The translations under genes were made by a program, and so were the position numbers. Positions 30,315-40,167 of a DNA stretch of 64,000 bases are shown here, one piece after another. Within the stretch, counting starts at the first letter, position 1. Every line of letters starts with the position of its first letter. Source of the DNA: Candidatus Edwardsbacteria bacterium RifOxyA12_full_54_48 (GTDB lineage: Bacteria; Edwardsbacteria; AC1; EtOH8); assembly GCA_001777915.1 (NCBI GenBank), contig MFFN01000004.1, positions 617,744-681,743 of the forward strand. Reading direction: 5' to 3'. The notes under the pieces are model-generated. The model had not been told where the DNA came from. It worked only from the letters and a program-made list of their open reading frames with translations, and made no database searches.

Positions 30315-31014
30315 TATGCTGGGTACAGTCGTCAACACCGGAGCCATAATTGCAGGAAGCGTCCTGGGGCTCTTGCTGCATCGGAAACTATCGGCCCGAT
30401 ATTCCGAGATAGTAATGAAAGCCATCGGCCTGTTCACCATCGTCATCGGGCTGGATCTGGCCTTTAAGAGCAACCGGATGCTGCCGGTACTTATATCACT
30501 GGTTTTGGGAGGACTGCTAGGCGAATTATTGAAGCTGGACGAAAAACTGGAATCGTTGGGTCGAAAACTCAGGGAAAGATATTCCCGGGATGCCGGTTCG
30601 TCTTTCGTGCCGGGATTTGTGGCCAGCGCGCTGCTGTTCTGCGTCGGACCCCTGGCCATAGTGGGCAGCCTGGAGAGCGGACTTAGGGCGGACCATACCG
30701 TGCTATTCACCAAATCGCTGATGGATGGCATTGCTTCGGTTGCTCTGGCCTCGGCCATGGGCCTGGGTGTGATATTCTCGGCCGGGACGGTCCTGGTATA
30801 TCAGGGATTGCTGACAGTGACAGCCATAATATTCAAGGGACTGTTGCCAATGCCCTATGTCAACCTGATGTCGGCGGTGGGTGGGATACTGCTGCTGGGG
30901 GTGGCCCTCAACCTGATACTTGACATAAAATTGAAAGTGGCCAACCTGCTTCCGGCCATTTTTATTTCGCCGTTGGTCTTGAAGATCGCTTTGATGATAG
31001 TCACGATAAAATAA
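30307..31014 (+). CDS. DUF554 (YqgA-like) membrane protein
   Basis: 'MLGTVVNTGAIIAGSVLG' start and ~235-aa polytopic profile typical of DUF554. Confidence 0.55.
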   Translation: MNNMLGTVVNTGAIIAGSVLGLLLHRKLSARYSEIVMKAIGLFTIVIGLDLAFKSNRMLPVLISLVLGGLLGELLKLDEKLESLGRKLRERYSRDAGSSFVPGFVASALLFCVGPLAIVGSLESGLRADHTVLFTKSLMDGIASVALASAMGLGVIFSAGTVLVYQGLLTVTAIIFKGLLPMPYVNLMSAVGGILLLGVALNLILDIKLKVANLLPAIFISPLVLKIALMIVTIK

Positions 31015-31016
31015 CC

Positions 31017-31685
31017 ATGGAAAAAGACAGCAGGATAAATACCGAAAATCTCCGCGCCATCGCCCTGGATGAGGGGATGGCCGTCTTCGGCGTGGCCGAG
31101 CTTGACCCCATCAGACAAACATTTCACCCCGATATCGTCCGGGCCGCCGAAGGGCTAAAATACGGAATATCAATAGGCTTCCGTCTTTCCGATCCCACCC
31201 TAGACGATATTGCCGACCGGCCCACCCTGTTGTATAAGCACCACTACAAGGTGGCCAACTATACGTTGGACAGGGCCGGGGCCAGGCTGGAAGCCTGCAT
31301 CCAATCCAACGGTTATAAAGCCCTGCCCATTCCGGCCTCGCAGACCATAGACTGGGAGAAGCACCTGGGCCACCTGTCCCACAAGGCCGTGGCGGTTCAG
31401 GCCGGCTTGGGATGGATAGGAAAGTCGGCCCTGTTCATCCATTCCGAACACCGGGCCCGGCTTCGGCTGGTAACCGTTCTGACCGACATGCCGCTGGAGG
31501 CGGGAAGCCCCGTCAAAAGATCCTGCGGCAGTTGCCAGCTTTGCATCAAGGCCTGCCCGGCCGGGGCCATATCGGACCAGGGCTACGACAAGCCCAAGTG
31601 CATCGCCCAGCTGAGGGAGTTCTCGCACCTGCCGGGCATCGGGCAGTATATCTGCGGAGTGTGCGTCAAGGTATGCCGGGGATAG
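31017..31685 (+). CDS. Epoxyqueuosine reductase (QueG)-like 4Fe-4S protein
   Basis: 'SHKAVAVQAGLGWIGKSALFIHSEHRARL' resembles the QueG core. Two Cys clusters (CGSCQLCIKACP and CGVCVKVC). Shorter than canonical QueG. Confidence 0.45.
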   Translation: MEKDSRINTENLRAIALDEGMAVFGVAELDPIRQTFHPDIVRAAEGLKYGISIGFRLSDPTLDDIADRPTLLYKHHYKVANYTLDRAGARLEACIQSNGYKALPIPASQTIDWEKHLGHLSHKAVAVQAGLGWIGKSALFIHSEHRARLRLVTVLTDMPLEAGSPVKRSCGSCQLCIKACPAGAISDQGYDKPKCIAQLREFSHLPGIGQYICGVCVKVCRG

Positions 31686-31724
31686 AACTTTTCCCACGAA
31701 ATACACGAAAAGGGATAAAAATAA

Positions 31725-32687
31725 ATGGATATAAACAGCGATGAATTCAAGGACCGATCAGGCGGATTAAAAGCCTTCGGGGTGGTGCTGATAATTTTAG
31801 GGGCCTTTAACCTGCTGATGATCCCGTTGGCTGTGCTGGGCAGTGTAATGGGCCGGTCCGCCGGCGCCGGGCAGTCGGCCGGATATTGGGCCTTCTCTCT
31901 GGCCGTCAATCTGCTGACCTACCTGTTCCTGGGAGGGACCTTTCTGTGGACCGGGATCGATTCCATCCGGCTTAAACGCTGGGTGCGGCCGGTGCTTCTC
32001 TCCATCGGCTGGGTGTGGTTGCTGCTGGGCTTGATGGTCACGGCCCTGATATTTTTCCTATTGCCCAGGATGATGGGATATTTCATGCCGCCTGATGTGT
32101 CGGCCCCATCAAGCATCATCAATATCGTGATCGCGGTATCCGGAACAGTGTCATTTATTTTCATGGTCCTGCTGCCCGGGCTGTTGGTATGGTTCTATTC
32201 CCAAAATGCAGTAAAGCGGACCATAGAGGCAAAGGATCCCGGTCCGGCCTGGACCGATGCCTGTCCTCCCCCGGTGCTGGCAATAAGCCTGTTCTATGGG
32301 GTAAGCGCTGTATTGACGCTACCTGCTTCATTTATGGGTGTTACCTATGCCTTTGGTCACTTGATTACCGGGGTGCCTGCAATTCTTATTATGTTAGCTG
32401 CTGCAGTTATAGCAGGTTATATATGTTACGGTTTTTATAAACTAGATATTCGAGCTTGGTGGGTATCGATTGCGACAACGTTGTTTTGGTCTGCCGCCTT
32501 CCTCTTTACTCTTTCAGAGGAAGATATGGTTCGAATGTTTTCATTTACCGGCAATGATCAAAACATTAAATTTGGTCAAAGTTGGATGCAATTTGTCTGG
32601 AACTATCAGATCCCGGTTATGATAATTTCTGCTATAACCTTTATTGCGTATCTTCTATATATCAAAAAATATTTCAAGCGGACCTGA
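31725..32687 (+). CDS. Hypothetical polytopic membrane protein
   Basis: ~8 predicted TM helices. No motif recognised. Confidence 0.35.
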   Translation: MDINSDEFKDRSGGLKAFGVVLIILGAFNLLMIPLAVLGSVMGRSAGAGQSAGYWAFSLAVNLLTYLFLGGTFLWTGIDSIRLKRWVRPVLLSIGWVWLLLGLMVTALIFFLLPRMMGYFMPPDVSAPSSIINIVIAVSGTVSFIFMVLLPGLLVWFYSQNAVKRTIEAKDPGPAWTDACPPPVLAISLFYGVSAVLTLPASFMGVTYAFGHLITGVPAILIMLAAAVIAGYICYGFYKLDIRAWWVSIATTLFWSAAFLFTLSEEDMVRMFSFTGNDQNIKFGQSWMQFVWNYQIPVMIISAITFIAYLLYIKKYFKRT

Positions 32688-32693
32688 ATTGCT

Positions 32694-33236
32694 ATGGCAA
32701 TAGTCAGGAGCGTTAAGCCGGTCAAGTTCTTCCTGGGCCTGATCTACTCCCAGGAGGTGAGCCTGTGGGATCTGGAGCGGGAACTGCAGAAACGCTTCGG
32801 CACCATCGACCGCAAAAGCCCGGTGCTGGATTTCAGCGGCTCCACCGATTATTATTCCCCGGAGATGGGCCCAAAACTTTTCCGGGCCTGGTGGAGCCTG
32901 CACCAGCTGGGAGATCCCGGAAAACTGCCGGAGCTTAAGCTGCTATCGAACCAACTGGAGGATGAATACCTTAAGGCCAGTGAAGGCACCGGCCGGATAG
33001 TCAACATCGATCCCGGATATGTAAACGAGGCCCGGGTGATACTGGCCTCCTGCAAGGATTTTTCCCACCGGGTCTACCTGGGCCAGGGAATATACGGGGA
33101 TGTCACCCTCATCTACCGGGGCGACGGATTCAAGCCGCTGGAATGGACCTACCCCGACTACCAATGCCCCGAGGCTTTTAGATATTTCCAAGCATTGAAG
33201 GACGATTACCGAAAACAGATCAAGGAGGCGAAATGA
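32694..33236 (+). CDS. DUF4416-like protein
   Basis: 'PVKFFLGLIY' start and ~180 aa length resemble the DUF4416 family. Overlaps the next gene by 4 bp (ATGA). Confidence 0.35.
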   Translation: MAIVRSVKPVKFFLGLIYSQEVSLWDLERELQKRFGTIDRKSPVLDFSGSTDYYSPEMGPKLFRAWWSLHQLGDPGKLPELKLLSNQLEDEYLKASEGTGRIVNIDPGYVNEARVILASCKDFSHRVYLGQGIYGDVTLIYRGDGFKPLEWTYPDYQCPEAFRYFQALKDDYRKQIKEAK

Positions 33237-33700
33237 CCGAGGAGAAAAGCAAGGTGATTTTAGAATGGACCGTCTTCCCGCTGGCGGAATCAAAAACCAA
33301 GGCCCTGATAGCCATTTTGACCCCGCCGCTGGCGATGCTGGTCATCTATCTTTTGATGCAGTCCTGGCTGTGGGCCGGGCTGGGTTTTTTGCTGCTGTTC
33401 TCCTCGGAGTTCCCGTTCTTTCTTAAATCCCGGTATACCTTCGACCAGCAGGGGGTAAGCATGAAGCGTGGCGGGGTGACCATCACCCGCAAGTGGGAGC
33501 AGATCAACAGTTATTATCCCGACAAGAACGGGGTGCTGCTGTCGCCCTTTGCCAAACAGACCTGGCTGGAGAATTTCCGGGGCATCTATCTTCAATACGG
33601 AAAACACCGGGACCAGATAATGGCGGTGCTTAGGGACAAGGTGAAAGTGGCGAAAATAGCCCAAAAAGAAACCATCAAAAATGATTCGGAGCCAAAATGA
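33233..33700 (+). CDS. Hypothetical small membrane protein (bPH-like)
   Basis: Two TM helices then a soluble domain. Translationally coupled (ATGA overlaps) to both neighbours. Confidence 0.3.
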   Translation: MTEEKSKVILEWTVFPLAESKTKALIAILTPPLAMLVIYLLMQSWLWAGLGFLLLFSSEFPFFLKSRYTFDQQGVSMKRGGVTITRKWEQINSYYPDKNGVLLSPFAKQTWLENFRGIYLQYGKHRDQIMAVLRDKVKVAKIAQKETIKNDSEPK

Positions 33701-36645
33701 AAAAGATCCATTCATTCACAGCCGTCCTGCTCCTTGTCTTTGCCGGCGTTTGCCAGGCATGGCAGCAGAGGGTGGAATATAATATCGAAGCCCGGCTGGA
33801 TACGGCAGAGCACAGGATATATGCCACCCAGCACCTGCGGTATTTCAACAATTCGCCGGATACTTTGACCGCTGTTTGGTTCCACCTGTATCCCAATGCC
33901 TACCGGGACAACTCCTCCTTCTTCGCCCGGGAGGCCGAGCAGCAGCAGGATTACCGGTCCCGGCACTCCTCCCCGGAGGATAAGGGATGGATCAAGATAA
34001 ATTCCCTGCTGGTGTCCGACAGCACCGCAGTATTCAAATACGGCCCAGAATATGGTGTCCCATTTATCCGGGGCGGCCGAGCGGATGAAATGGCGATATT
34101 CGGTGATTACGGAGGCACCCACCCGGCTGTTAATAAAAAATTCAAAGAACCAAAATATAAGCTGGATTCCACCTCGGCCAGCCTGGAACTGCCAATTCCC
34201 TTGGCTCCCGGTGATTCAGTAGATTTCTATTTCGATTTTACTGTCAAGGTGCCGAAATTCTTCTCCCGGATGGGGCATGAGGGAACTCATTACGAGATCT
34301 CCCAATGGTATCCCAAGATCGCCGTTTATGATGCCAAGGGCTGGCACGCCGACGGCTACCACTACATCGGGGAATTCTACGGGGATTACGGATCTTTCCA
34401 AGTCGGTTTGGAGACCCCGAAAGACCTCAAAATAGGCGCCACCGGATCGCAGGTGCTTGAATACGACGACCAGGGACAGCCGTTAGACGATATAGCGGGA
34501 TATCACCTGTTCGCCGCCGACAATGTCCATGATTTTGCCTGGTGCGCCGATCCGGAATACATCGAAACCACCGAGCAGCACGGGGATATCGGCATCACGG
34601 TTCTGGTCCGCCCTAAAGATAAAGAACGCTGGAAAAATGTGATGCAGTATGCCAAGGACGCCCTGGATCATTATGGAAGGTGGTACGGCCAATACCCCTA
34701 CCCCGCCCTGACGGTCTGCGACGGCGACATGGCGGCCGGGGGCGGCATGGAGTATCCCAATCTGGTGATCGTTTCCACCGGCGAGGACCAATACACCCGG
34801 ACCCTGGAGATGGTGGTGATGCACGAGATCGGCCACCAGTGGTTCTACGGCATCCTGGGCAACAACGAGATGGACCAGGCCTGGCTGGACGAGGGTATCA
34901 ACTCCTTTTCGGAGCAGAGATATTTTGAGGAGAAATACGGGCCGGCCGGCAACTACCTGGCCAAGGAATCATTAAGAAAATTGCTGCCCGAGGCCAGCAA
35001 CCGGAACGTGGGCCGGATGATTCCCTACCTTTATTCTGCCAATAGAATGGACCAGCCGGTCGATGCCAGGGCCTGCATCTCCGGGGAGATGGGGCAGTAT
35101 GCCGCCAGCGCCTACATGAAGCCGGCGGCCATGATGTGGTGGCTAAAAGGATATCTGGGGAATTCTACTTTCGACCGGGTGATGCAGGGTTATTACCGCG
35201 ACAACCAGTTCCGACATGTCGGTACTGAAAAATTCTATGAAGCAGTGGAAAAATATTCACAAAAAGACGTCAAGCCATATTTTGCCCCCTGGTTAAAAAC
35301 CACCGGAATGAGCGATTACTCGGTGGCTTCGGTGCGTCAGATAAAGGAACAAAGAAATACCTACAGTATCACCCTGGCCAGAAAGGGGAATCTGGCCATC
35401 CCGGCGGCATTTTCAGCCGAGGATGCCATCAATAAAAAATACGACGTTTTATGGAGCGGCAGGGGAAGGGATACAACCTTTCTTCTGCAGACCGACGGAA
35501 AGCTGGTCTCCGCAGTGATCGATCCCGACAATGTTTTACTGGAGACCAATCGCTGGAATAACTGCCGGCCCCGCAGATACAGGGTAACCCTGGGTCCCCG
35601 CCTGCCGTCCTTCGAATCGTACAACATGTTCTGGCTGCCGGTTCCCTGGTACGATAATGTCAACGGTTTTAGGTTGGGAACCATGCTGCACGGGGCCTAC
35701 CTGGCCGACGGCGATCCCATGGTGGGACATCATCAGTGGACCTTCTCGCCCTTCTACGGCTTCAAGTCCAAAGAGATCAGCTTCAGCTTCGATTACCAGA
35801 CCCCGGTGGGCTTGCGCCCCCGACCGCCCCGGGCATATCTTACCGCCGGCTCGGCCTTCGACATCAACTACGCCGGGATCGGGCTCAAACGGACCTGGGG
35901 GCCGCGGCTGATGCTGGATCCCACCGAGAGCTTCGACCTGAAGCTGGATTATACCCGCTACAAGGATTACCGCTTCTGGGACCCCCGGGATGTCGATACC
36001 GCAGCGGTGGTCAGCCTGATGGCCCAGCGGGGTTATGGCCTGACCCGGCATTGGGGCCGGTCATCGTTCCTCAGCCGGATAACGATAGGATACATACAGC
36101 GGCCGGAATCGGATATCAATAATTATCTCAAATTCGAACTGGAGGAGAAGCTCAACGTCAGGATCAATAAACATATCAACCCCAGATTCCGGCTGACTGT
36201 CGGTTACATCCAGGGGCCGGCCCCGGCTCAGGAGCAGTTCTTTCTGGCCGGGAGTTTCAAGACCACCGGCCTGGACAACATGCTGGCCTCCGGAAAGGAC
36301 TGGTTCTCCACCCAGGAGCATTACCACGTGGACGGCGGGGCCAATCTGCCGGGATATTACGGCACCCATATCCGGGGCCGGAATATGTGGGCGGTCAACC
36401 TGACCCTGCCGGTTATGAAAAGCCCGCTGTCACTTTTCGCCGGGGCCGGGCAGGTGTCCAACGATTGGTTGGAGTTCACCGCCGGAAGCATCCGGGCCGA
36501 TGCCGGGCTGTCATTGGCCCTGGGGCCCATGCGGCTGATGTTCCCGCTGTGGATAAATAAACCCGAAGAGGGCAAGAAACAGTTCGATTGGCGGTGGACC
36601 ATCGGCTTCGGCGGCAGCGGGGAAGGGATGGGGATAAAGTTTTAA
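33697..36645 (+). CDS. M1-family zinc metallopeptidase (aminopeptidase N-like) fused to a large C-terminal putative outer-membrane beta-barrel domain
   Basis: Signal peptide. 'VVMHEIGHQWFYG' (HExxH) plus 'WLDEGINSF' (downstream Glu) make the gluzincin M1 signature. The last ~400 aa show alternating aromatic/hydrophilic beta-strand patterning and end in ...GMGIKF, a C-terminal Phe typical of OMPs. Confidence 0.7.
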   Translation: MKKIHSFTAVLLLVFAGVCQAWQQRVEYNIEARLDTAEHRIYATQHLRYFNNSPDTLTAVWFHLYPNAYRDNSSFFAREAEQQQDYRSRHSSPEDKGWIKINSLLVSDSTAVFKYGPEYGVPFIRGGRADEMAIFGDYGGTHPAVNKKFKEPKYKLDSTSASLELPIPLAPGDSVDFYFDFTVKVPKFFSRMGHEGTHYEISQWYPKIAVYDAKGWHADGYHYIGEFYGDYGSFQVGLETPKDLKIGATGSQVLEYDDQGQPLDDIAGYHLFAADNVHDFAWCADPEYIETTEQHGDIGITVLVRPKDKERWKNVMQYAKDALDHYGRWYGQYPYPALTVCDGDMAAGGGMEYPNLVIVSTGEDQYTRTLEMVVMHEIGHQWFYGILGNNEMDQAWLDEGINSFSEQRYFEEKYGPAGNYLAKESLRKLLPEASNRNVGRMIPYLYSANRMDQPVDARACISGEMGQYAASAYMKPAAMMWWLKGYLGNSTFDRVMQGYYRDNQFRHVGTEKFYEAVEKYSQKDVKPYFAPWLKTTGMSDYSVASVRQIKEQRNTYSITLARKGNLAIPAAFSAEDAINKKYDVLWSGRGRDTTFLLQTDGKLVSAVIDPDNVLLETNRWNNCRPRRYRVTLGPRLPSFESYNMFWLPVPWYDNVNGFRLGTMLHGAYLADGDPMVGHHQWTFSPFYGFKSKEISFSFDYQTPVGLRPRPPRAYLTAGSAFDINYAGIGLKRTWGPRLMLDPTESFDLKLDYTRYKDYRFWDPRDVDTAAVVSLMAQRGYGLTRHWGRSSFLSRITIGYIQRPESDINNYLKFELEEKLNVRINKHINPRFRLTVGYIQGPAPAQEQFFLAGSFKTTGLDNMLASGKDWFSTQEHYHVDGGANLPGYYGTHIRGRNMWAVNLTLPVMKSPLSLFAGAGQVSNDWLEFTAGSIRADAGLSLALGPMRLMFPLWINKPEEGKKQFDWRWTIGFGGSGEGMGIKF

Positions 36646-36735
36646 ATATTCGGTCTCCTCGATACTAGCCTTTGGCTAACTCGGTAACCGAAAAATACGA
36701 TTGTCCGATTTTGGTCATTAAGCACAGATTGAGTT

Positions 36736-37032
36736 ATGTCTATGATGGGTTACATGTACATACTTAAGTGCAATGATGGCACCTATTATACCGGCAGTAC
36801 AGTGAACCTCAAAAAAAGACTGAACGAACACCAAAGTGGTGTGGGGGCGAACTACACAAAAAAACGGTTGCCGGTTGATTTGGTTTATTATGAAGAATAT
36901 CCCAGAATAGATCAGGCATTCTATCGGGAAAAGCAGATACAAAACTGGAGTCGAAAAAAGAAAAAATCATTAATAATGGGCGAGTTTTCAGAGTTACCAA
37001 AGCTGGCCAAGAAAATTTTTAGAAAAAGCTAA
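36736..37032 (+). CDS. GIY-YIG nuclease family protein (UPF0213-like), in a low-GC mini-island
   Basis: 'GYMYILKCNDGTYYTGSTVNLKKRLNEHQSG' contains the GIY...YIG/YTG motif. 98 aa. Low GC relative to the backbone. Confidence 0.7.
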   Translation: MSMMGYMYILKCNDGTYYTGSTVNLKKRLNEHQSGVGANYTKKRLPVDLVYYEEYPRIDQAFYREKQIQNWSRKKKKSLIMGEFSELPKLAKKIFRKS

Positions 37033-37201
37033 TAAAAAACCGCCAGGGTTAATATTTGTTATTTTTTCAGCGCACTTAATATTGTTAAGCCTGGTCGTCG
37101 AGTGCCGGACAGAATCAGGCGCTATAAAGCACCTCCACTCTGAACCGGCGTATCGAGACGACAGGAAGGTAATGCATTATTTTATCAGGCAATAAAAAGG
37201 C

Positions 37202-37966
37202 ATGAAATATCTGACCCTGGCCCTGGTCCAGATGCGTTGCCAGAAGGCGGCCATAGAAGACAATATAAAAGAGATGCGCCGATATCTTGACCAGGCCAAA
37301 GGTGCCAAGGCCGACATCGTCTGCTTTCCCGAGATGAACATCACCGGATATATCGACCCCCGGCAGCATCCGGAGGCGGTCATCTCCCGGGACCATCCCG
37401 CCATCAAAGAAATCAACGGGTTAAGCCGGGAATACCATACTACCATCATCGCCGGGTTCGTGGAGCAAAATAACGCAGACAAACCATTCATCACCCAATT
37501 TGTTGCGGAAGGCGGATCGATCAAGGGATACTACCGCAAGAAGACCGTCAAGGAGGATGAGATAAAACGGTTCAGTCCGGGAGAGGAACAGCCGATATTT
37601 GCCATTAAAGGCCTGACCTACGGTTTGTCAATCTGTGCCGATCTCGATGATGGAAACATTTTTAAAGAGCTGGCCCGCCAGGGGGCCAAAATGGTCATAG
37701 AGTGCGCCGCCCCAGGCCTTTACGGAGACCAGAAAACCAGGAACTGGCAGGAGGGTTACGATTGGTGGAGGGGAGAATGCTTCGGCAAGCTGGGCAAATA
37801 TGCCGCCGACAACGGCATCCATATTGCGGTGGCCACCCAGGCCGGCCGGACGACGGACGAGGATTTCCCGGGAGGGGGCTATTTGTTTTCCCCTGATGGC
37901 AGGTGCTTGGCTCAGTCGGCCGGCTGGAAAGAGGGGATGCTGACGGCAAAAATCCCATCAGGATGA
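37202..37966 (+). CDS. Carbon-nitrogen hydrolase (nitrilase superfamily)
   Basis: 'LALVQMRC...' N-terminus, 'ADIVCFPEM' (catalytic Glu), catalytic Cys in 'GLSICAD'. Confidence 0.75.
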   Translation: MKYLTLALVQMRCQKAAIEDNIKEMRRYLDQAKGAKADIVCFPEMNITGYIDPRQHPEAVISRDHPAIKEINGLSREYHTTIIAGFVEQNNADKPFITQFVAEGGSIKGYYRKKTVKEDEIKRFSPGEEQPIFAIKGLTYGLSICADLDDGNIFKELARQGAKMVIECAAPGLYGDQKTRNWQEGYDWWRGECFGKLGKYAADNGIHIAVATQAGRTTDEDFPGGGYLFSPDGRCLAQSAGWKEGMLTAKIPSG

Positions 37967-37988
37967 TGTTTTATTTCTGAATATAAAA

Positions 37989-38012
37989 GCCCCGCCGTTG
38001 GCGGGGCTTTTT
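37989..38012. terminator. Bidirectional rho-independent terminator between convergent genes
   Basis: gccccgcc-gtt-ggcggggc flanked by an A-run upstream and a T-run downstream. Confidence 0.6.
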
Positions 38013-38025
38013 GTTTGTATCGCGT

Positions 38026-39306
38026 TTATAATTTGCGTTCGATGAAGTACTGGGCCTTCAGCTTCTTCATCCAGGCTTCGTAGAGCTCCTGCATCTTTTT
38101 GGATTTCAAATACTCCACCAACTGGTCCTTCACCGATTCCAGGGTGGGGGTCTTGGCCGGGTAGCGCTTTTCCAGCTTGACGATATGGAAACCGGTGGGG
38201 GTCTCGATCACATCGCTGACCTCGCCCTCCTTCAGGATGGCCAGCTCGTCCTTGATCTCGGCCGGAAAGCCCTCCACCGGAATGCCCATCAGTTTGCCGT
38301 CGGTGTTCTTGGCCTCGGGATCGTCGGAGTAGGTCTTGGCCAGCTTGTTGAAATTTTCCTTGCCCACGATCACCCTCTCGTGCAGGGCGGTGACGGTCCT
38401 TTTGGCCCGGGCAATATCGGCCGTCGAGGGGGCCACCATGATCAGGATGTGGGCGGCGTGAACCTGGTCGCCCTTCTTCTCCAGCAGTTTGATGATGTGA
38501 AATCCGAACTGGGTGACGATCACGCCGGACACCTGCCCCGGCTTGAGGGCGAAGGCCGCCTGCTCGAACTCCGGCACCATCTGGTTGCGCCCGAACCAGC
38601 CCAGATCGCCGCCCTTGACGGCGGAACCTTCATCGTCCGAATATTTTTTGGCCACCTCGGCGAATGGTTTTTTCAGCTTGAGCTGGTTCAACACCTGTTG
38701 GACCTTGGCCTGGGCATCGGTCTTGGATTTCTGGCCCGGCTTGGGAGTTATCAATATATGCGACAGATCGACCTTCTCCGGCTCGCCGGGGATGGAATCC
38801 TTGTGGCTGGCAAAGAAAGCCTCCAGCTCCTTGGTGGTCGGCGGGGTGACCTGGGAGCGAAGGTTCCGGTCGATCAATCGCTGAACGATCAGCATGTTCT
38901 TGACGTCGCTGCGGTGTTTGGCCTTGAGCTGGGCCACCGTGGTGCCCTCGATCTTGAGCTGGGCGCTGAACTGTTCCTCGGTGGGGAACTGGGACCTCAT
39001 CTCGGCGATCCGCTGGTCCAGTATCTCGTCTATCTCGGTGTCTTTTACAAAAATGGATTCCTTTTTGGCCTGGGCCAGCATCACGTAGTTCTCTATCTTC
39101 TGCTCCAGGGCCATCTTTTGCAGTGAATCCAGCGGGGTGGGATCCTGGGGAACCTGCATCCGGTAAAGCTGGACCTGGCGGTCCACCTCGCTCTTGAGGA
39201 TCGGCTGGTCGCCCACCCTCCCGATGACGGCATCCAGGGTGTCGCCGGCCCGGGCAATGCCGCCCAACAACAGCAATAGAGCCAGCAGGGTCTTGGAAAT
39301 CTTCAT
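38026..39306 (-). CDS. surA: SurA-like periplasmic chaperone with two parvulin PPIase domains
   Basis: Signal peptide. Two parvulin cores (…FGFHIIKL… and …TGFHIVKL…). N-terminal chaperone region. Confidence 0.7.
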   Translation of the reverse strand: MKISKTLLALLLLLGGIARAGDTLDAVIGRVGDQPILKSEVDRQVQLYRMQVPQDPTPLDSLQKMALEQKIENYVMLAQAKKESIFVKDTEIDEILDQRIAEMRSQFPTEEQFSAQLKIEGTTVAQLKAKHRSDVKNMLIVQRLIDRNLRSQVTPPTTKELEAFFASHKDSIPGEPEKVDLSHILITPKPGQKSKTDAQAKVQQVLNQLKLKKPFAEVAKKYSDDEGSAVKGGDLGWFGRNQMVPEFEQAAFALKPGQVSGVIVTQFGFHIIKLLEKKGDQVHAAHILIMVAPSTADIARAKRTVTALHERVIVGKENFNKLAKTYSDDPEAKNTDGKLMGIPVEGFPAEIKDELAILKEGEVSDVIETPTGFHIVKLEKRYPAKTPTLESVKDQLVEYLKSKKMQELYEAWMKKLKAQYFIERKL

Positions 39307-39347
39307 TATTACCTCTCGTAAATATTAGGCGTGATTTGATCTGGGGA

Positions 39348-40166
39348 TCATTTTATCAATTCCGGATGGCTCTCCACCTTGGAGGCCAGCCTCAGGCTGT
39401 CGCTGATATTGTCGAACCGTGTCTTCTGGCGGAGCATGGTCAGCCCGTAGACCAGATCCTCCCGGATGTCCTCGAACTTGACACTCTGGGAGGGGCGGCG
39501 GTCGGTGACCTTCATGATATGGTAGCCGTCCGACAGCTTGATGGGTTCTGATATTCCGCCCTTCTTTAGAGAGAAGACCTTTTCCTCGAAATCGATCGGG
39601 ATCTGGCCGCTGCCGCGCCGCAGGTATATCCCCAGGTCTCCGCCCTTGTCCTTGGTGGTGGGATCCAGTGATTTTTCCCGGGCCAGCTTGGCAAAATCCT
39701 CGCCATTGTCCAGGGAGGCCTTGACCATCTGGGCCTGGTCTTCCGTGGCGGTGAGGATCTGGCTGAGTTTTACCTCCGCCTGGTACTCCTCCTGGTGGGC
39801 CTCGAAATATTCCTTGGCCTCGGTGTCGCTGACCTTCAGCTTCTCCACGATCTCCTTCTGGATGAACTGATTGGCTAGGATCTCCTTCTGCAGGTCGCGG
39901 ATCTGCTTAGCTATCTTGGGCTCCTTGTCCAGCCCCTTCTTCTGGGCTTCCTGGTAGAACAGCTCGGTGTTCACCCAGCGGCGGACGAACTCCTCCTTCT
40001 GGGCCGGAGTGACGTTGGTCATCCCCTCGGGCAGGATATCATTGAAATCCTGCTGAACCAGCACCGCCTGGTTGACCCGGGCAATGGCCGGCTGATCGGA
40101 TGATTTCTTCCCGCAGCCGAATACGGCCAGCCCCAGGACGGCCAGGGATATCAGGATTCTCTTCAT
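39348..40166 (-). CDS. Parvulin-type peptidyl-prolyl isomerase lipoprotein (PrsA/PpiC-like)
   Basis: Lipobox 'AVFGCGKK'. Single parvulin core 'DGYHIMKV'. Confidence 0.65.
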   Translation of the reverse strand: MKRILISLAVLGLAVFGCGKKSSDQPAIARVNQAVLVQQDFNDILPEGMTNVTPAQKEEFVRRWVNTELFYQEAQKKGLDKEPKIAKQIRDLQKEILANQFIQKEIVEKLKVSDTEAKEYFEAHQEEYQAEVKLSQILTATEDQAQMVKASLDNGEDFAKLAREKSLDPTTKDKGGDLGIYLRRGSGQIPIDFEEKVFSLKKGGISEPIKLSDGYHIMKVTDRRPSQSVKFEDIREDLVYGLTMLRQKTRFDNISDSLRLASKVESHPELIK

Positions 40167-40167
40167 G

